IMG/VR virus record: IMGVR_UViG_3300028198_000005
Span: 1-55,796 of that record
Direction: 5' to 3' (one strand)
Origin: a virus
Taxonomy: Duplodnaviria; Caudoviricetes
DNA: 55,796 bases
Shown piece after piece: positions 34,420 to 44,975 of the stretch. A program made the translations under genes and the position numbers. Positions within the stretch are counted from its first letter, which is position 1, and every line of letters starts with the position of its first letter. The notes below the pieces were generated by a model that was not told where the DNA came from, searched no databases, and saw only the letters and a program-made list of their open reading frames with translations.

Positions 34420-35513
34420 AGAAAAAAGAAGAAATACTGCTAACAGAAGAGCAAATCGCAGAAGTCGATAATTTATACGATAATAAAAACATAACAGCGA
34501 TAAAAGAATTAGTGGCTCAAGTATTTCCTGATATCGATGAAAAATACAGAGATGGCAGAAGCATCTACGGGAGAGCGATTAAAAAGCACCTAGCGTCAAA
34601 AGGTAAAAAAACAATTGCGACTTCTGACTACATAAAAAAAGAATACGAACTAAGCCAAGAAGAAAGAGACTTTTTGTATAATAACTGTTCGACAATGAAG
34701 GTTTCCGACATGGCTAACACTTTATACGAAGAACAAATAAACCCTCTGGATAGAAGATACAGAGCTTGCAGCGACTTCGTAAAAACTATCGACAATAAAG
34801 TCGTTCTTTCTGAGGTCGTTAAAGAAGTTTCTCCTAGCGATTATCTACCTCCCAAGAACGAAACAAAGGCTGTAGCCAGAATTAATAAATACGTCCACGA
34901 AGGAATAGATAAAAACAATCTTAAAGCTTCGGATAAAAAAAATATTTCTAGACTCATAGCGTATATGCATACTTATAGATTTTTGCATCAAATATCAAAT
35001 TATACCTCTCAAAGTAACCGAGAACTTTTTGAGAGCAGTTTCGTAAGATACACTAACGATAAGCCAGATTTAACACAAGAGGAAGTTGATCAGTACATAG
35101 TCCTATCTGCAGAAGTTGTTATTGCATCTAATATTCAAATAAGAGTAGAGAGGCTTCAAGAATTACTTGATCAAGCGGCCGAAGAAACCGAAGGAAAAAA
35201 AATGGCAATGAGTTTAGTCGAATCAATCAACACTGCTCAAACAGAATATAATCAGTGTGTAAACCGACAAACAAAACTCTTAAACGAACTTAAAGAAAAA
35301 CGAAGCCAAAGAATCAGTAAACAGATCAAGGAAAACGCCTCGATTTTAAATCTTGTGGAAATGTGGAGAGACGAAGAGTCTAGGCATAAAATGATCAAGC
35401 TGGCCGAAATCAGAAAAAAAGCGCTCGAAGAAGAAGTAGGCAGGCTCTCCAGCATGGATGAAATTAAATGCAGGATCATGGGTCTGACGGAAGAGGAGGT
35501 ATTAAATGGTTGA
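34416..35513 (+). CDS. conserved helical protein upstream of terminase (small-terminase-like candidate)
   Basis: 365 aa with a C-terminal coiled coil; position in the operon. Confidence 0.5.
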   Translation: MKKKEEILLTEEQIAEVDNLYDNKNITAIKELVAQVFPDIDEKYRDGRSIYGRAIKKHLASKGKKTIATSDYIKKEYELSQEERDFLYNNCSTMKVSDMANTLYEEQINPLDRRYRACSDFVKTIDNKVVLSEVVKEVSPSDYLPPKNETKAVARINKYVHEGIDKNNLKASDKKNISRLIAYMHTYRFLHQISNYTSQSNRELFESSFVRYTNDKPDLTQEEVDQYIVLSAEVVIASNIQIRVERLQELLDQAAEETEGKKMAMSLVESINTAQTEYNQCVNRQTKLLNELKEKRSQRISKQIKENASILNLVEMWRDEESRHKMIKLAEIRKKALEEEVGRLSSMDEIKCRIMGLTEEEVLNG

Positions 35514-36441
35514 TTGTAAAGAATGCGGAAAAGATTTTACCTCAGATAGAAGTCTTCACGCTCACTTAAAAGCTCACAAGCTTAAGGTCAAAGAGTATTA
35601 CTATAAATATTTCCCTAGAAGAGATAAATACGACAACAAACTAATAAACTTTACAAACAAAGATAATTATTTCTCTTCAGACTTTAATAATAAAACTAAC
35701 CTGAAAAAATGGATGGCTCACGTTGTTCCAGAAACTGCTAAAACGTATTTTAAAAATTTCCTCATCAACAGAAAAAAAAAGAAAGATTTAGAGTTCGCCC
35801 CATGCCAAGTCGAGCTTAGATCTTTGATGAGCCCTTCTGTAACTTATTACCAAAAAGTGTTTGGGGATTATAATGAAATATGCGAAGAAGTTGGGCTTTC
35901 TACAAAATACGAAACTATTTCTAAACCGTTGGAATTTTCCCCGGAAAAATACGAAGGGGGGAAAATTTATATAGACACAAGGGAACAACGTCCTTTGGAA
36001 ATTGACGATTACCCTACAGAGGTTAAGGGCTTAAAATATGGCGATTACGCTTTTAGCGACAAAGACTTGACCTGTAATTGCTATATAGAAAGAAAATCTA
36101 TTCAGGATTTAATCGGTACTTTGAGTGGCGGATACGAAAGATTTTGCGACGAAATAGAAAGAGCTGAAACGGAAAACGCTAATTTAATTGTTCTTGTGGA
36201 AAGTGATTATAATGCGAGTTTAATGTTCCATAAGCTTAAAAGAACCTATAAAAACATAAGAACTAACCCGCAACATATTTTCCACAACATAAGAACTGTG
36301 ATTCAGGAATACCCCAATGTACAGTTTCTCTTTGTTAAAGACAGACGGGAGTCTATAAGAGTAATGAAAAGGATATTCTTTAGTAATTGCGAGTATGCAA
36401 AAGTAGATTTGCAATACGCATATGATTCAAAACTGTTGTAA
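35506..36441 (+). CDS. C2H2 Zn-finger + ERCC4 (XPF/Mus81) nuclease domain protein
   Basis: CKECG...LHAHLKAH; IDTREQ, GDY and IERKS motifs. Confidence 0.8.
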   Translation: MVDCKECGKDFTSDRSLHAHLKAHKLKVKEYYYKYFPRRDKYDNKLINFTNKDNYFSSDFNNKTNLKKWMAHVVPETAKTYFKNFLINRKKKKDLEFAPCQVELRSLMSPSVTYYQKVFGDYNEICEEVGLSTKYETISKPLEFSPEKYEGGKIYIDTREQRPLEIDDYPTEVKGLKYGDYAFSDKDLTCNCYIERKSIQDLIGTLSGGYERFCDEIERAETENANLIVLVESDYNASLMFHKLKRTYKNIRTNPQHIFHNIRTVIQEYPNVQFLFVKDRRESIRVMKRIFFSNCEYAKVDLQYAYDSKLL

Positions 36442-36451
36442 ATAATTAAAC

Positions 36452-38275
36452 ATGTGGTACACTCACGAGAAGTATAACCGAGTCGTAAACGACACTAATC
36501 TAGAACTGTTAAATTTAAAAGGAGAGCTCGATTCCAAGGAGGCGAAGATAACGCTAGCGAAATTTCTAAGGGCCAACTTAGGGTTTACGGTAGAGTTGAT
36601 TTCCGGAATAAAACTGGCGCCATATCAAGAAGTTACCCTTAAAGGTTTTTTTAATAGGAATTTTAATATGTGTGTTTGGGGACGCGGATGCGGCAAAACT
36701 TTTATCGCGTCTATTTATTGTTTTCTTCAATGCATATTTGAACCCAATACAAAAATCCTTATAGCTGGCCCAACGTTTCGTACTGCTAGATTTATTTTCC
36801 AGAATCTAGAAAATATAGTAGAAACCAAAGGGGCTGAATTGCTAGCGCAGGCTTTCGGAGCAAAGTCTAAACGTAATGATCAGTTTGAGTGGAGAATTAA
36901 CGGAGGAAGCGTAACAGCTATACCTTTGAGTGGAGAAAAGATTCGTGGATTTCGAGCGAACATTCTGGTGCTTGACGAGTACCTTTTACTTCCCGAAGAA
37001 ACTATTAAAACAGTCCTTATGCCTTTCTTGGTTGCCCCTCAAGACATGGCGGAAAGAATAAAGATCAGAGAAATAGAGGACTCGTTGATTAAGGCTGGAA
37101 AGATGGGGGAAAAAGATCGTATGGTTTTTGAGAATAAATCAAAAATGATAGCTTTATCTTCTGCTAGTTATAGCTTCGAAAATTTATACAAAACATATAA
37201 AGAATGGATGGGGAATATTTATTCGGATGACATTCTAGACTCTAAGTATTTTATATCTCAAATGGGCTACGACTCTATTCCCAAAGATATGATCGATGAA
37301 ACGATTATTGAAGAAGCTCAAGCTGGGGGCGCGTCCTCTTCTTCTTTTCAGCGGGAATACTGTGCTCAGTTTACTGATGGAAGCGATAGCTATTTTAGCG
37401 CGAAAAAAATGTATGAATGCACAGTGCCCGACGGAGAATCTCCGCATTCAAGGATAGCCGGGAGCCCCGACAAAGAGTATATTCTAGCGATCGACCCAAG
37501 TTTTAGTAATAGCCCGAGTTCAGATTATTTCGCAATGTCTATACTGGAATTAGACGAAACGTCTTATACATTGGTTCATTCTTATGCAGTGGCGGGAGGA
37601 AACCTAAAGGATCATATCAAGTATTTATTTTACGTATACAAGAACTTTAATATCAAGCTGATTATAATTGATAACGCCGGGTATCAATTTATTGATGGGG
37701 CAAATGAATCTGAGTTATTCAGAGAAGCTAAGTTGAAAATTAAGTTTTTTGATTTTAATACCGAAAAAGAAGGTGTTGAATATGAAAAAGAGCTTAGATC
37801 AGTCAAAAGGAAATATAGCGCTAAAGACAATGTTGTTTGCTTTAGGCAGATTTTCAGCTCCGATTTCTTAAGAAACGCTAATGAATACTTGCAGTCTTGT
37901 ATCGACCATAAAAAAATATTTTTCGCTTCAAGGACTTCGGCGTATGGAAGTTTCTTTTCAAGAGCTACATCGTTAAAGATTCCGGTAAACCTCACTCCCT
38001 TTAACGATATAGGGGAATTAATCGAGACTCAAGACGATCTAATTTACCAAACTAAGAAGCAATGTGCTCTAATCGAGGTTAAGTCAACAGCTAAAGGAAC
38101 ACAAACCTTTGACCTCCCCCAGCATCTTCGCCGAAGTAATTCTGCGAGCAGGGCCAGAAGAGATAACTATACGACGTTAATGTTAGGTAATTGGGCCGTA
38201 AAGGCCTATAATGACCTTAGGGACGTAAAGGTTGAAGAAGCTAACTTTACTTTTGTTCCAAGAATGATTAATTAA
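36452..38275 (+). CDS. terL: terminase large subunit
   Basis: LAPYQ, GRGCGKT, IRGFRANILVLDE, FQREYCA and LAIDPS motifs; C-terminal D. Confidence 0.9.
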   Translation: MWYTHEKYNRVVNDTNLELLNLKGELDSKEAKITLAKFLRANLGFTVELISGIKLAPYQEVTLKGFFNRNFNMCVWGRGCGKTFIASIYCFLQCIFEPNTKILIAGPTFRTARFIFQNLENIVETKGAELLAQAFGAKSKRNDQFEWRINGGSVTAIPLSGEKIRGFRANILVLDEYLLLPEETIKTVLMPFLVAPQDMAERIKIREIEDSLIKAGKMGEKDRMVFENKSKMIALSSASYSFENLYKTYKEWMGNIYSDDILDSKYFISQMGYDSIPKDMIDETIIEEAQAGGASSSSFQREYCAQFTDGSDSYFSAKKMYECTVPDGESPHSRIAGSPDKEYILAIDPSFSNSPSSDYFAMSILELDETSYTLVHSYAVAGGNLKDHIKYLFYVYKNFNIKLIIIDNAGYQFIDGANESELFREAKLKIKFFDFNTEKEGVEYEKELRSVKRKYSAKDNVVCFRQIFSSDFLRNANEYLQSCIDHKKIFFASRTSAYGSFFSRATSLKIPVNLTPFNDIGELIETQDDLIYQTKKQCALIEVKSTAKGTQTFDLPQHLRRSNSASRARRDNYTTLMLGNWAVKAYNDLRDVKVEEANFTFVPRMIN

Positions 38276-38294
38276 GTGTAATTTTAAATTAAAT

Positions 38295-40226
38295 ATGGCC
38301 GTAACAAGAAAAACTAAGGAAGAAAATTCTCTTAAAGAGCCCTTAATGGCCGGAGAAGGGTTTCAGGAGTCTTTCGCTTCTACTAGGACGCGGCGCAACA
38401 GGGCTGGGTCAATAGAAAGAACTGACAGGTATTCGAATATCAACGACGGCATTATCCCTTTTCGTTATTCTCAGGGGGTTTCCAACAATTCTAGTCTTGA
38501 CATAAGGGACACTATAGTTCTTTGCCAGAAGGCTTATTATAACTTTTCAGTCTTTAGGAACACTATAGATCTCATGACAGAATTCTCTATGAGTAATCTA
38601 TATCTTACGGGAGGAAGCAAGAAGTCTAAAGATTTTTTTAACGCTTTACTTAAAAAGATAAACATTAATAATTTACAAAGTAAGTTCTTTCGCGAGTATT
38701 ACAGATCAGGAAACGTTTTCGTCCATAGGTTTGACGCGAATCTTTCACAAGAAGACGTTACGAGGATGACCCAAACTTTTGGCTTGGTTTCAAATGCTTC
38801 TTATTCGCTACCTGCAAGGTATATTATCCTAAACCCTGCCGATATCCAAATTACAGGAAATATCACTTTTACTTCGGGAGAGTTTAGAAAAGTATTAACC
38901 GATTACGAATTAGAAAGGTTACGAAATCCCAAAACAGAAGAAGACGTTCAGGTTCTAGAGAATCTCGATCCGGAGACTGTAAAGAAAATTAAAGGAGGAA
39001 AGAAAAAGCCCGGCCATAGCGCTGTGTCGATTCCTCTTCCTGTTGAAAAAATGACGGCGGTCTTTTATAAAAAACAAGACTATGAGCCTTTTGCTGTGCC
39101 GATGGGTTATCCTGTTCTGGAAGATATTAACTGGAAGCAGGAGATGAAAAAAATGGACATGGCTCTAACCCGTACGACAAACCAAGCTATCTTGTTGGTA
39201 ACGATGGGGTCCGAGCCTGAGAAGGGTGGGGTCAACCAAAAGAACCTCCACGCCATGCAAAAGCTTTTTGAGAACGAGTCTGTTGGTAGGGTTTTAATTT
39301 CTGACTATACGACTCAAGCTAAATTTGTAATACCTGACATCGCTGGTATTCTCGATCCTAAAAAATATGAAGTAGTCAATCATGATATTCAAATGGGTTT
39401 GAATAATATTCTCTTGAGCGATGAAAAATTTGCAAACTCAAGTATCAAGGTTCAAGTCTTCATGGAAAGACTTAACGAAGGTAGAAAAGTTTTCATTAAC
39501 GATTTCTTAATTCCAGAAATTAAGAGATTGTCTAAAGAAATGGGTTTCAAAAACTACCCAACTCCTCATTTTGAAGATTTAGATTTAAAAGATAATTCTG
39601 TTTATGCTAGAGTATACAGTAGGCTAATAGAACTGGGAGTTTTGACTCCCGAAGAAGGGATTCAGGCTATAGAGTCCGGCCGCATGCCAACTACGGAAGA
39701 ATCGTTAGAATCTCAAGAAAGGTTTAAATCGCTCAGAGACGAAGGCTTATATGAGCCGGTTTTGGGTAATAAGCAAATCGAAGTCCCGAAAGAAACGCCT
39801 AACCAAAATAACAAAAAGCCGGTACCGCAACAAAAGGGAAGGCCGCAGGGAACCGGTAGGCCAAAAGAAACCGATAAGAAGAACCCAATAGGTCTAAAAG
39901 CTTCGACTAAATTCAGCTTAACTAAAATTCAAAATAATTTAAATCTTGCGGATAAGCTAAATCTAGAAGTGGAAGCTTCCTTGAGGGAGCTTCATAACAG
40001 AAAAAGATTAAACAAGTCTCAAAAAGAAATTGCTCAACAAATTTCTAATATAGTTATTCATAACGAAGATCCAGAAAACTGGTTAGCTAAAGCCGGAAGA
40101 TATGCGGCTGAGCCTATTGACAGAAATGAGGAAAGGGTAAAGGAAATCCAGTCTATTGCTTACGAGCATCAAGTAGATGATTTTCTCGCTGGTATATTGT
40201 ACTGTAGTAAGCATGATGGGGAATAA
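38295..40226 (+). CDS. putative portal protein
   Basis: 643 aa directly after terL; FRNTIDLMTEF, REYYRSGNVF; GRP tail. Confidence 0.75.
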   Translation: MAVTRKTKEENSLKEPLMAGEGFQESFASTRTRRNRAGSIERTDRYSNINDGIIPFRYSQGVSNNSSLDIRDTIVLCQKAYYNFSVFRNTIDLMTEFSMSNLYLTGGSKKSKDFFNALLKKININNLQSKFFREYYRSGNVFVHRFDANLSQEDVTRMTQTFGLVSNASYSLPARYIILNPADIQITGNITFTSGEFRKVLTDYELERLRNPKTEEDVQVLENLDPETVKKIKGGKKKPGHSAVSIPLPVEKMTAVFYKKQDYEPFAVPMGYPVLEDINWKQEMKKMDMALTRTTNQAILLVTMGSEPEKGGVNQKNLHAMQKLFENESVGRVLISDYTTQAKFVIPDIAGILDPKKYEVVNHDIQMGLNNILLSDEKFANSSIKVQVFMERLNEGRKVFINDFLIPEIKRLSKEMGFKNYPTPHFEDLDLKDNSVYARVYSRLIELGVLTPEEGIQAIESGRMPTTEESLESQERFKSLRDEGLYEPVLGNKQIEVPKETPNQNNKKPVPQQKGRPQGTGRPKETDKKNPIGLKASTKFSLTKIQNNLNLADKLNLEVEASLRELHNRKRLNKSQKEIAQQISNIVIHNEDPENWLAKAGRYAAEPIDRNEERVKEIQSIAYEHQVDDFLAGILYCSKHDGE

Positions 40227-41701
40227 TGTCAAGAGTTATTTACAATGTAGAGGGGCTTTTTACAGGGCCATCCGGACATAACTTTCTGAGTTATATAGGA
40301 GAGAGGCCTCACGACGACTATTCTAATCCGTTACTCACTCATAACTTAATAAAACAAATAGATAGGGTTCAGTCTTTTTCTTATGACATAAACATTCCCC
40401 ATACCCAAATCAATCAGCTAAATACTAGATCTGTATTAGGTAGACCTATCATTAACCCCCCGCAAGTAGACTTTAGTTTTAGATATTTAGTCGCGGACGT
40501 TTCAAACGAATCAAAACTCGGCCTTTATGTAAACTATCCTCAGTATGAACGCGCCGGAGAAGGAAGTTCGTCGTACGATCTTAACGGTACGCCTTTTTAC
40601 TTAAATAACACAGGGCATACTTTACTATCCGGTTTTGTCGACGAGGAAGAGCATCAAGATTATTATTACCAAACAGGAAAGTATGATCCGTTTTTCCCCG
40701 CTAGAACTTATAGAGATAGGAAAAACTTTTACTTAGCGGTAAGAAGTGACCTTGAGGATATATACACCGGGGAAAGACTAGAGGATTTAAACGCTAAGGA
40801 CCCCCAAGAGGTAGTAGATCCAAACGCTACTGGTTACAACGTCATTTCTTTTGGTCGCTGTTACATGACTTCATATTCAACCGAAGCTTCTGTCGGAACC
40901 CTTCCAACCGTAGATGTTACTTATGTCGGGGAAAATGTAATGTTCGAAACGAGCGGGAGTGGGTTTTTAAGCCCAACGATAGAGCCTAAATACGGAAAAC
41001 AGTTTGCTGACATGCATTGTGTTATCCCGAAGAGAATAGAGAGAAATCCTATATCTGTAGTAAGACCGGGGGACATTAATTTTTCAGTAGATTCTTTTTC
41101 TGGGGTAGGTGTAGATTTCAATAATCTTCATTTAGAATCTTATGTTATATCTTTTGATATTCCGCGAGAAAGAGAAAATAATCTAGGGTACAAGTTTCCA
41201 ATAAGCAGAAAAGTTAATTTCACCGCCCCGGTGACCATAAGCATTAATGGGGTAGTAGAAAAAATGAGCTCCGGATCTCTGATTGATTTAGTTAATTTAA
41301 ATCAGGATTATAACTTCACAATAACTTTGGATATGCCTCAAAACTGTAAAACTCCTTTAACCGGAGACCCAGTTAACGCCGGTGTCGCCCCTCTGCAGTT
41401 AAGAGAAGAAGAGTTAATAAGGTATTCTTTTAATAGCGCTAAATTAGATCAATTTTCATACGATACTTCAATCGGGGAAAATAAACTTTTCTCAGCAAGC
41501 TTCAGTACAGAAATAGATCCAGACGATTTATCCAAAGGTCTTTTTATTAGTGGGTTTTTATCAGATAGAAAACTAGAAGACTTTCAACTTTTAGAAACAA
41601 CTCCGGAGGCAGAAGTGCATACTGAGGATATCGAAAGATTCCATCTGGAATTAGAGGAATCTAGCGGGTTACTGGTTTCTAACTACCTACCCCTCTATTA
41701 A
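40226..41701 (+). CDS. virion structural protein, tail-tube-like
   Basis: RVIY...IDRVQSFSY...P.V.FSF.Y beta-rich two-domain pattern. Confidence 0.5.
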   Translation: MSRVIYNVEGLFTGPSGHNFLSYIGERPHDDYSNPLLTHNLIKQIDRVQSFSYDINIPHTQINQLNTRSVLGRPIINPPQVDFSFRYLVADVSNESKLGLYVNYPQYERAGEGSSSYDLNGTPFYLNNTGHTLLSGFVDEEEHQDYYYQTGKYDPFFPARTYRDRKNFYLAVRSDLEDIYTGERLEDLNAKDPQEVVDPNATGYNVISFGRCYMTSYSTEASVGTLPTVDVTYVGENVMFETSGSGFLSPTIEPKYGKQFADMHCVIPKRIERNPISVVRPGDINFSVDSFSGVGVDFNNLHLESYVISFDIPRERENNLGYKFPISRKVNFTAPVTISINGVVEKMSSGSLIDLVNLNQDYNFTITLDMPQNCKTPLTGDPVNAGVAPLQLREEELIRYSFNSAKLDQFSYDTSIGENKLFSASFSTEIDPDDLSKGLFISGFLSDRKLEDFQLLETTPEAEVHTEDIERFHLELEESSGLLVSNYLPLY

Positions 41702-41729
41702 AAAGTGTATAATATAAAAGGAATAAGGA

Positions 41730-44700
41730 ATGCCAAATAAAAAAATATCACAGCTTTCGGGCATATCTCCGGTACCCACTGGAGCCTTAATGGTTTTAGC
41801 TAATTCAGGCGTTAGCAGAAGCGCTACCGTCAAAGACATAGCGGAAGCTATTCAAGGGGAATCTTCTACTACGTGGAGCGGTCTTTCTGATACTCCGTCT
41901 GACATAACTGGTAATATGTTTGTAATGGGGCATTCTGACGCTCATGGCCTCACCTTTTCAAATGACGCTGGAATTCTCACGGGGGGTTATTGGCTGGATA
42001 AAAGATATGGAGGTATTGTTAGCGGTGATGTGACAATGGCTGCTGGGGATACGATATATTTAAACGATAATGCTTTTAACAAAAACTATATCAGTCATGA
42101 TGGTACTGGAGTTGTCACTATTGGTGCCGGAAAGTTTTTACGGTTAACTTCTAGAACTGGCGTCGTAGTTTATGGGGACGGACAAGACAGCGCTATAACT
42201 TTAGTAAGCGCTCTGGATGATGCAGGCATAGATCAGGGTCATAAAATATCTCTCAAAGGCGCCCAGTTGTTACTTTCTGGCGCTGGCAACACTGTCATAC
42301 AAAGCTCCGAAGACCATACAAAAGGTTTAGATGTAAGCGGAAGATATTATCAAAGCGGTGTTGAGATAAATTTTGGAGATTTCTTTAAATCAGGACAGGG
42401 GTTCACGGGACTAGATGATACGCCAAACAGTTACCATCTTCCCGGCGGCGCGCCCGGAGACACTGTTGCAGGAAGTGGGATTGTAGTAAATGCTGCTGGA
42501 GATGGTTTGGAGTTTCTAAACACTGGTTCCTATTTCGTTGGTCATTGGCAAACCGGAGGTTTTATCGACACAAACATGACGGGCAATTTCTTGGATATAA
42601 ATTATGATTCTGGAAAATTTGTTCCTAGGACGGAAACGGGCCTTTTTGTTTCAGGTTCAGGTATAGCTGGCTATTATACTAAATGGGCAGAAAAACAAAT
42701 TCTTACTTCGGGAATATTTTTAGACGATGGTACTCATCTTTATCCTGTTTCGGGGGGCGGCGGATTGGGATCCTCTGCAAATAGATGGAGCGGGATAAAC
42801 GCAAGAACAATAGATATCTTACAAGGAGGGTACGATCCGACTACTCAGGTTGGTTTCGGAGCGAATATAACGGCGAAGTCGAGCTACACAGGCTACGTTA
42901 GCACTAATATATTTTTAAAAAATAGCGATGATGATCGGCTTATAGCGGGAATTTCTTCGACAGGCAAAAAATGGACTAATAATTCTGGGGACTCTTATAT
43001 ATATACATCGAATACCGGGTACCCTTTTCATATAGGTAGCAAAAGTCAGCTTAATATTTACGCTAATCGGCTTACGGGATATAACCAAGTAGATGTTGAG
43101 CCTTCGATTGAACTGTCGAACGAGGATCCTTATACTATATCTTTAAATAAACAGGTTGAGTTTAGTAAAGCTTTCACTTTCCCTACGGAAGATGGAACAA
43201 CAAATACGCCTATTTTGATGACGGACGGAGCCGGAACGGTAACTTGGGGTAATCATTTTTCTGGGTACATCACAGGGTTGTGGGACGTTAACGTTGATGC
43301 ATCAACTAAAATTCCCCAAGGCGGTTACGGTAACCCTTTGGATTCTCTCGTAGTTGATCCGGCCGGAAATGGGATGATATGGTCAGGGGTTGCTGGTGGG
43401 GGAGCGGGTACGGCTGTATCCGTTTTTACAACTAGCTTAACAGATACTCCGGCTAATTATACTTCCCCTGCCGCCGGAGGTAATTTAGTTAGAGTCAAGG
43501 ATACTCAAGACGGTTTAGAATTTATTCCCACAGGAGATTTCGTGGGGGCTGGAGAAACTGGAGATTTCCTAACTCAATATCTTTTAAATAATAAGTTTCC
43601 ATGGGGTCCTTCTGGTCCGTTCAATCATGCCTACACTGGATACCTGATGGATAAACATGATTCTGGGGTGCTTGTTAATACTGATATGACGGGCGGGTTC
43701 ATGGATTTGAACGATTCTGGCTTTTTTATAACTCAAACAAAACTAGATGATGTAACCGACAAAGCCTACACAGGGCATTTTATTGCGTCTGGCGTAGTTT
43801 TTACGGGGGCTTTCTCTGATTATTGTGCCGAATATAATATCGGCATACACTCTACTCATAAAATAAGCGTAAGAGAAACGAGCCCGTTAGGCCCAGCGCA
43901 TCCCGAGGGGAATTCGGATACTCTAGCTGGAGCCCAAAGAAATCAACCAGATTTGTTTTTGCAAAAAGGTTGCACGTATAAATTTAATGTAACTGGGTCG
44001 AATGTTACTAATGCTCATTTCGGTATTTCTACAGGGCTTCTTGGTACACATAACGCTGCTCCGTATCCGGCAACTTGGTCAGATTACCTGTATAGATCTG
44101 GGCAGTTTGCCGGAGATGATATTACTGCGACTCGAGCCGCAGCTAATGGGCAAAGCTTATACTTCAGAGTACCGCAAACCGCACCGAATACTCTTTATTA
44201 TAATGCTTTTACTTCTAGTGATCCGTCATCATTTTCTTTAATAAATGATTATGGTGGCACAATCAAACTTTACGACGATAGTAGAGTTGGTCACGACGAA
44301 ACAGGGAATTTGATTAGCAATATAATGACCGGTGGATTTGTTGATGTAAATATGACCGGTGGATTTGTTGATATTAACATGACGGGAGGTTATGTTGACA
44401 TTAACATGACAGGAAAATTCTTAGATCATCAAGACTCTGGACATTTTTACAGTAGATACGGCGGACCCATTACCGGCGACGTTTTAATAACTGGCAGCGC
44501 AAACAACGCCTTCAAGGTTAAGTATACAGACCCGTTATGTGAAATCGATGGTTACGATAGGGACGTAGTAGTTATTAATAACTCTGGAATATTTGTTTCT
44601 GGCGATGTTCATATTCGTTCTGGTGTTTCTCATCACAAACCTCATAGCGGAGAAGGAGCTGTAATTGATTGGAGTAGGAGTAACGCACAGTTTAAAGACG

Positions 44701-44975
44701 TGGCAGCTAGTACAAACTTTAGTTTTACAAACGTAAAAGATGGACAGACTTTAACAATGTACGTTAAGAATACCTCGGCGTCGTTGATCGATTGCACTTT
44801 TATGTCTGGCGACCCTGCTACCGCTGCGGCAAACAGGGTTAAAATGCCAATGGATGCTCTCGGTAGCACAGACGCTCCACAAATCCAAATAAAGAAAGCT
44901 AATGTTTATACTTTCGTTAGAATAAACACAGGTATTTTTACTAGTTATATAACTGGGTATGATTTCATCGATTAA
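41730..44975 (+). CDS. tail fiber-like protein
   Basis: KKISQL N-terminus; repeated GLxDTP...GLEF modules; VPQTAPNTLYY; G/T-rich. Confidence 0.7.
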   Translation: MPNKKISQLSGISPVPTGALMVLANSGVSRSATVKDIAEAIQGESSTTWSGLSDTPSDITGNMFVMGHSDAHGLTFSNDAGILTGGYWLDKRYGGIVSGDVTMAAGDTIYLNDNAFNKNYISHDGTGVVTIGAGKFLRLTSRTGVVVYGDGQDSAITLVSALDDAGIDQGHKISLKGAQLLLSGAGNTVIQSSEDHTKGLDVSGRYYQSGVEINFGDFFKSGQGFTGLDDTPNSYHLPGGAPGDTVAGSGIVVNAAGDGLEFLNTGSYFVGHWQTGGFIDTNMTGNFLDINYDSGKFVPRTETGLFVSGSGIAGYYTKWAEKQILTSGIFLDDGTHLYPVSGGGGLGSSANRWSGINARTIDILQGGYDPTTQVGFGANITAKSSYTGYVSTNIFLKNSDDDRLIAGISSTGKKWTNNSGDSYIYTSNTGYPFHIGSKSQLNIYANRLTGYNQVDVEPSIELSNEDPYTISLNKQVEFSKAFTFPTEDGTTNTPILMTDGAGTVTWGNHFSGYITGLWDVNVDASTKIPQGGYGNPLDSLVVDPAGNGMIWSGVAGGGAGTAVSVFTTSLTDTPANYTSPAAGGNLVRVKDTQDGLEFIPTGDFVGAGETGDFLTQYLLNNKFPWGPSGPFNHAYTGYLMDKHDSGVLVNTDMTGGFMDLNDSGFFITQTKLDDVTDKAYTGHFIASGVVFTGAFSDYCAEYNIGIHSTHKISVRETSPLGPAHPEGNSDTLAGAQRNQPDLFLQKGCTYKFNVTGSNVTNAHFGISTGLLGTHNAAPYPATWSDYLYRSGQFAGDDITATRAAANGQSLYFRVPQTAPNTLYYNAFTSSDPSSFSLINDYGGTIKLYDDSRVGHDETGNLISNIMTGGFVDVNMTGGFVDINMTGGYVDINMTGKFLDHQDSGHFYSRYGGPITGDVLITGSANNAFKVKYTDPLCEIDGYDRDVVVINNSGIFVSGDVHIRSGVSHHKPHSGEGAVIDWSRSNAQFKDVAASTNFSFTNVKDGQTLTMYVKNTSASLIDCTFMSGDPATAAANRVKMPMDALGSTDAPQIQIKKANVYTFVRINTGIFTSYITGYDFID
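44325..44414 (+). repeat. 27-bp in-frame tandem repeat (MTGGFVDxN)x3+
   Basis: ATGAC at 44325, 44352, 44379 and 44406. Confidence 0.85.
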
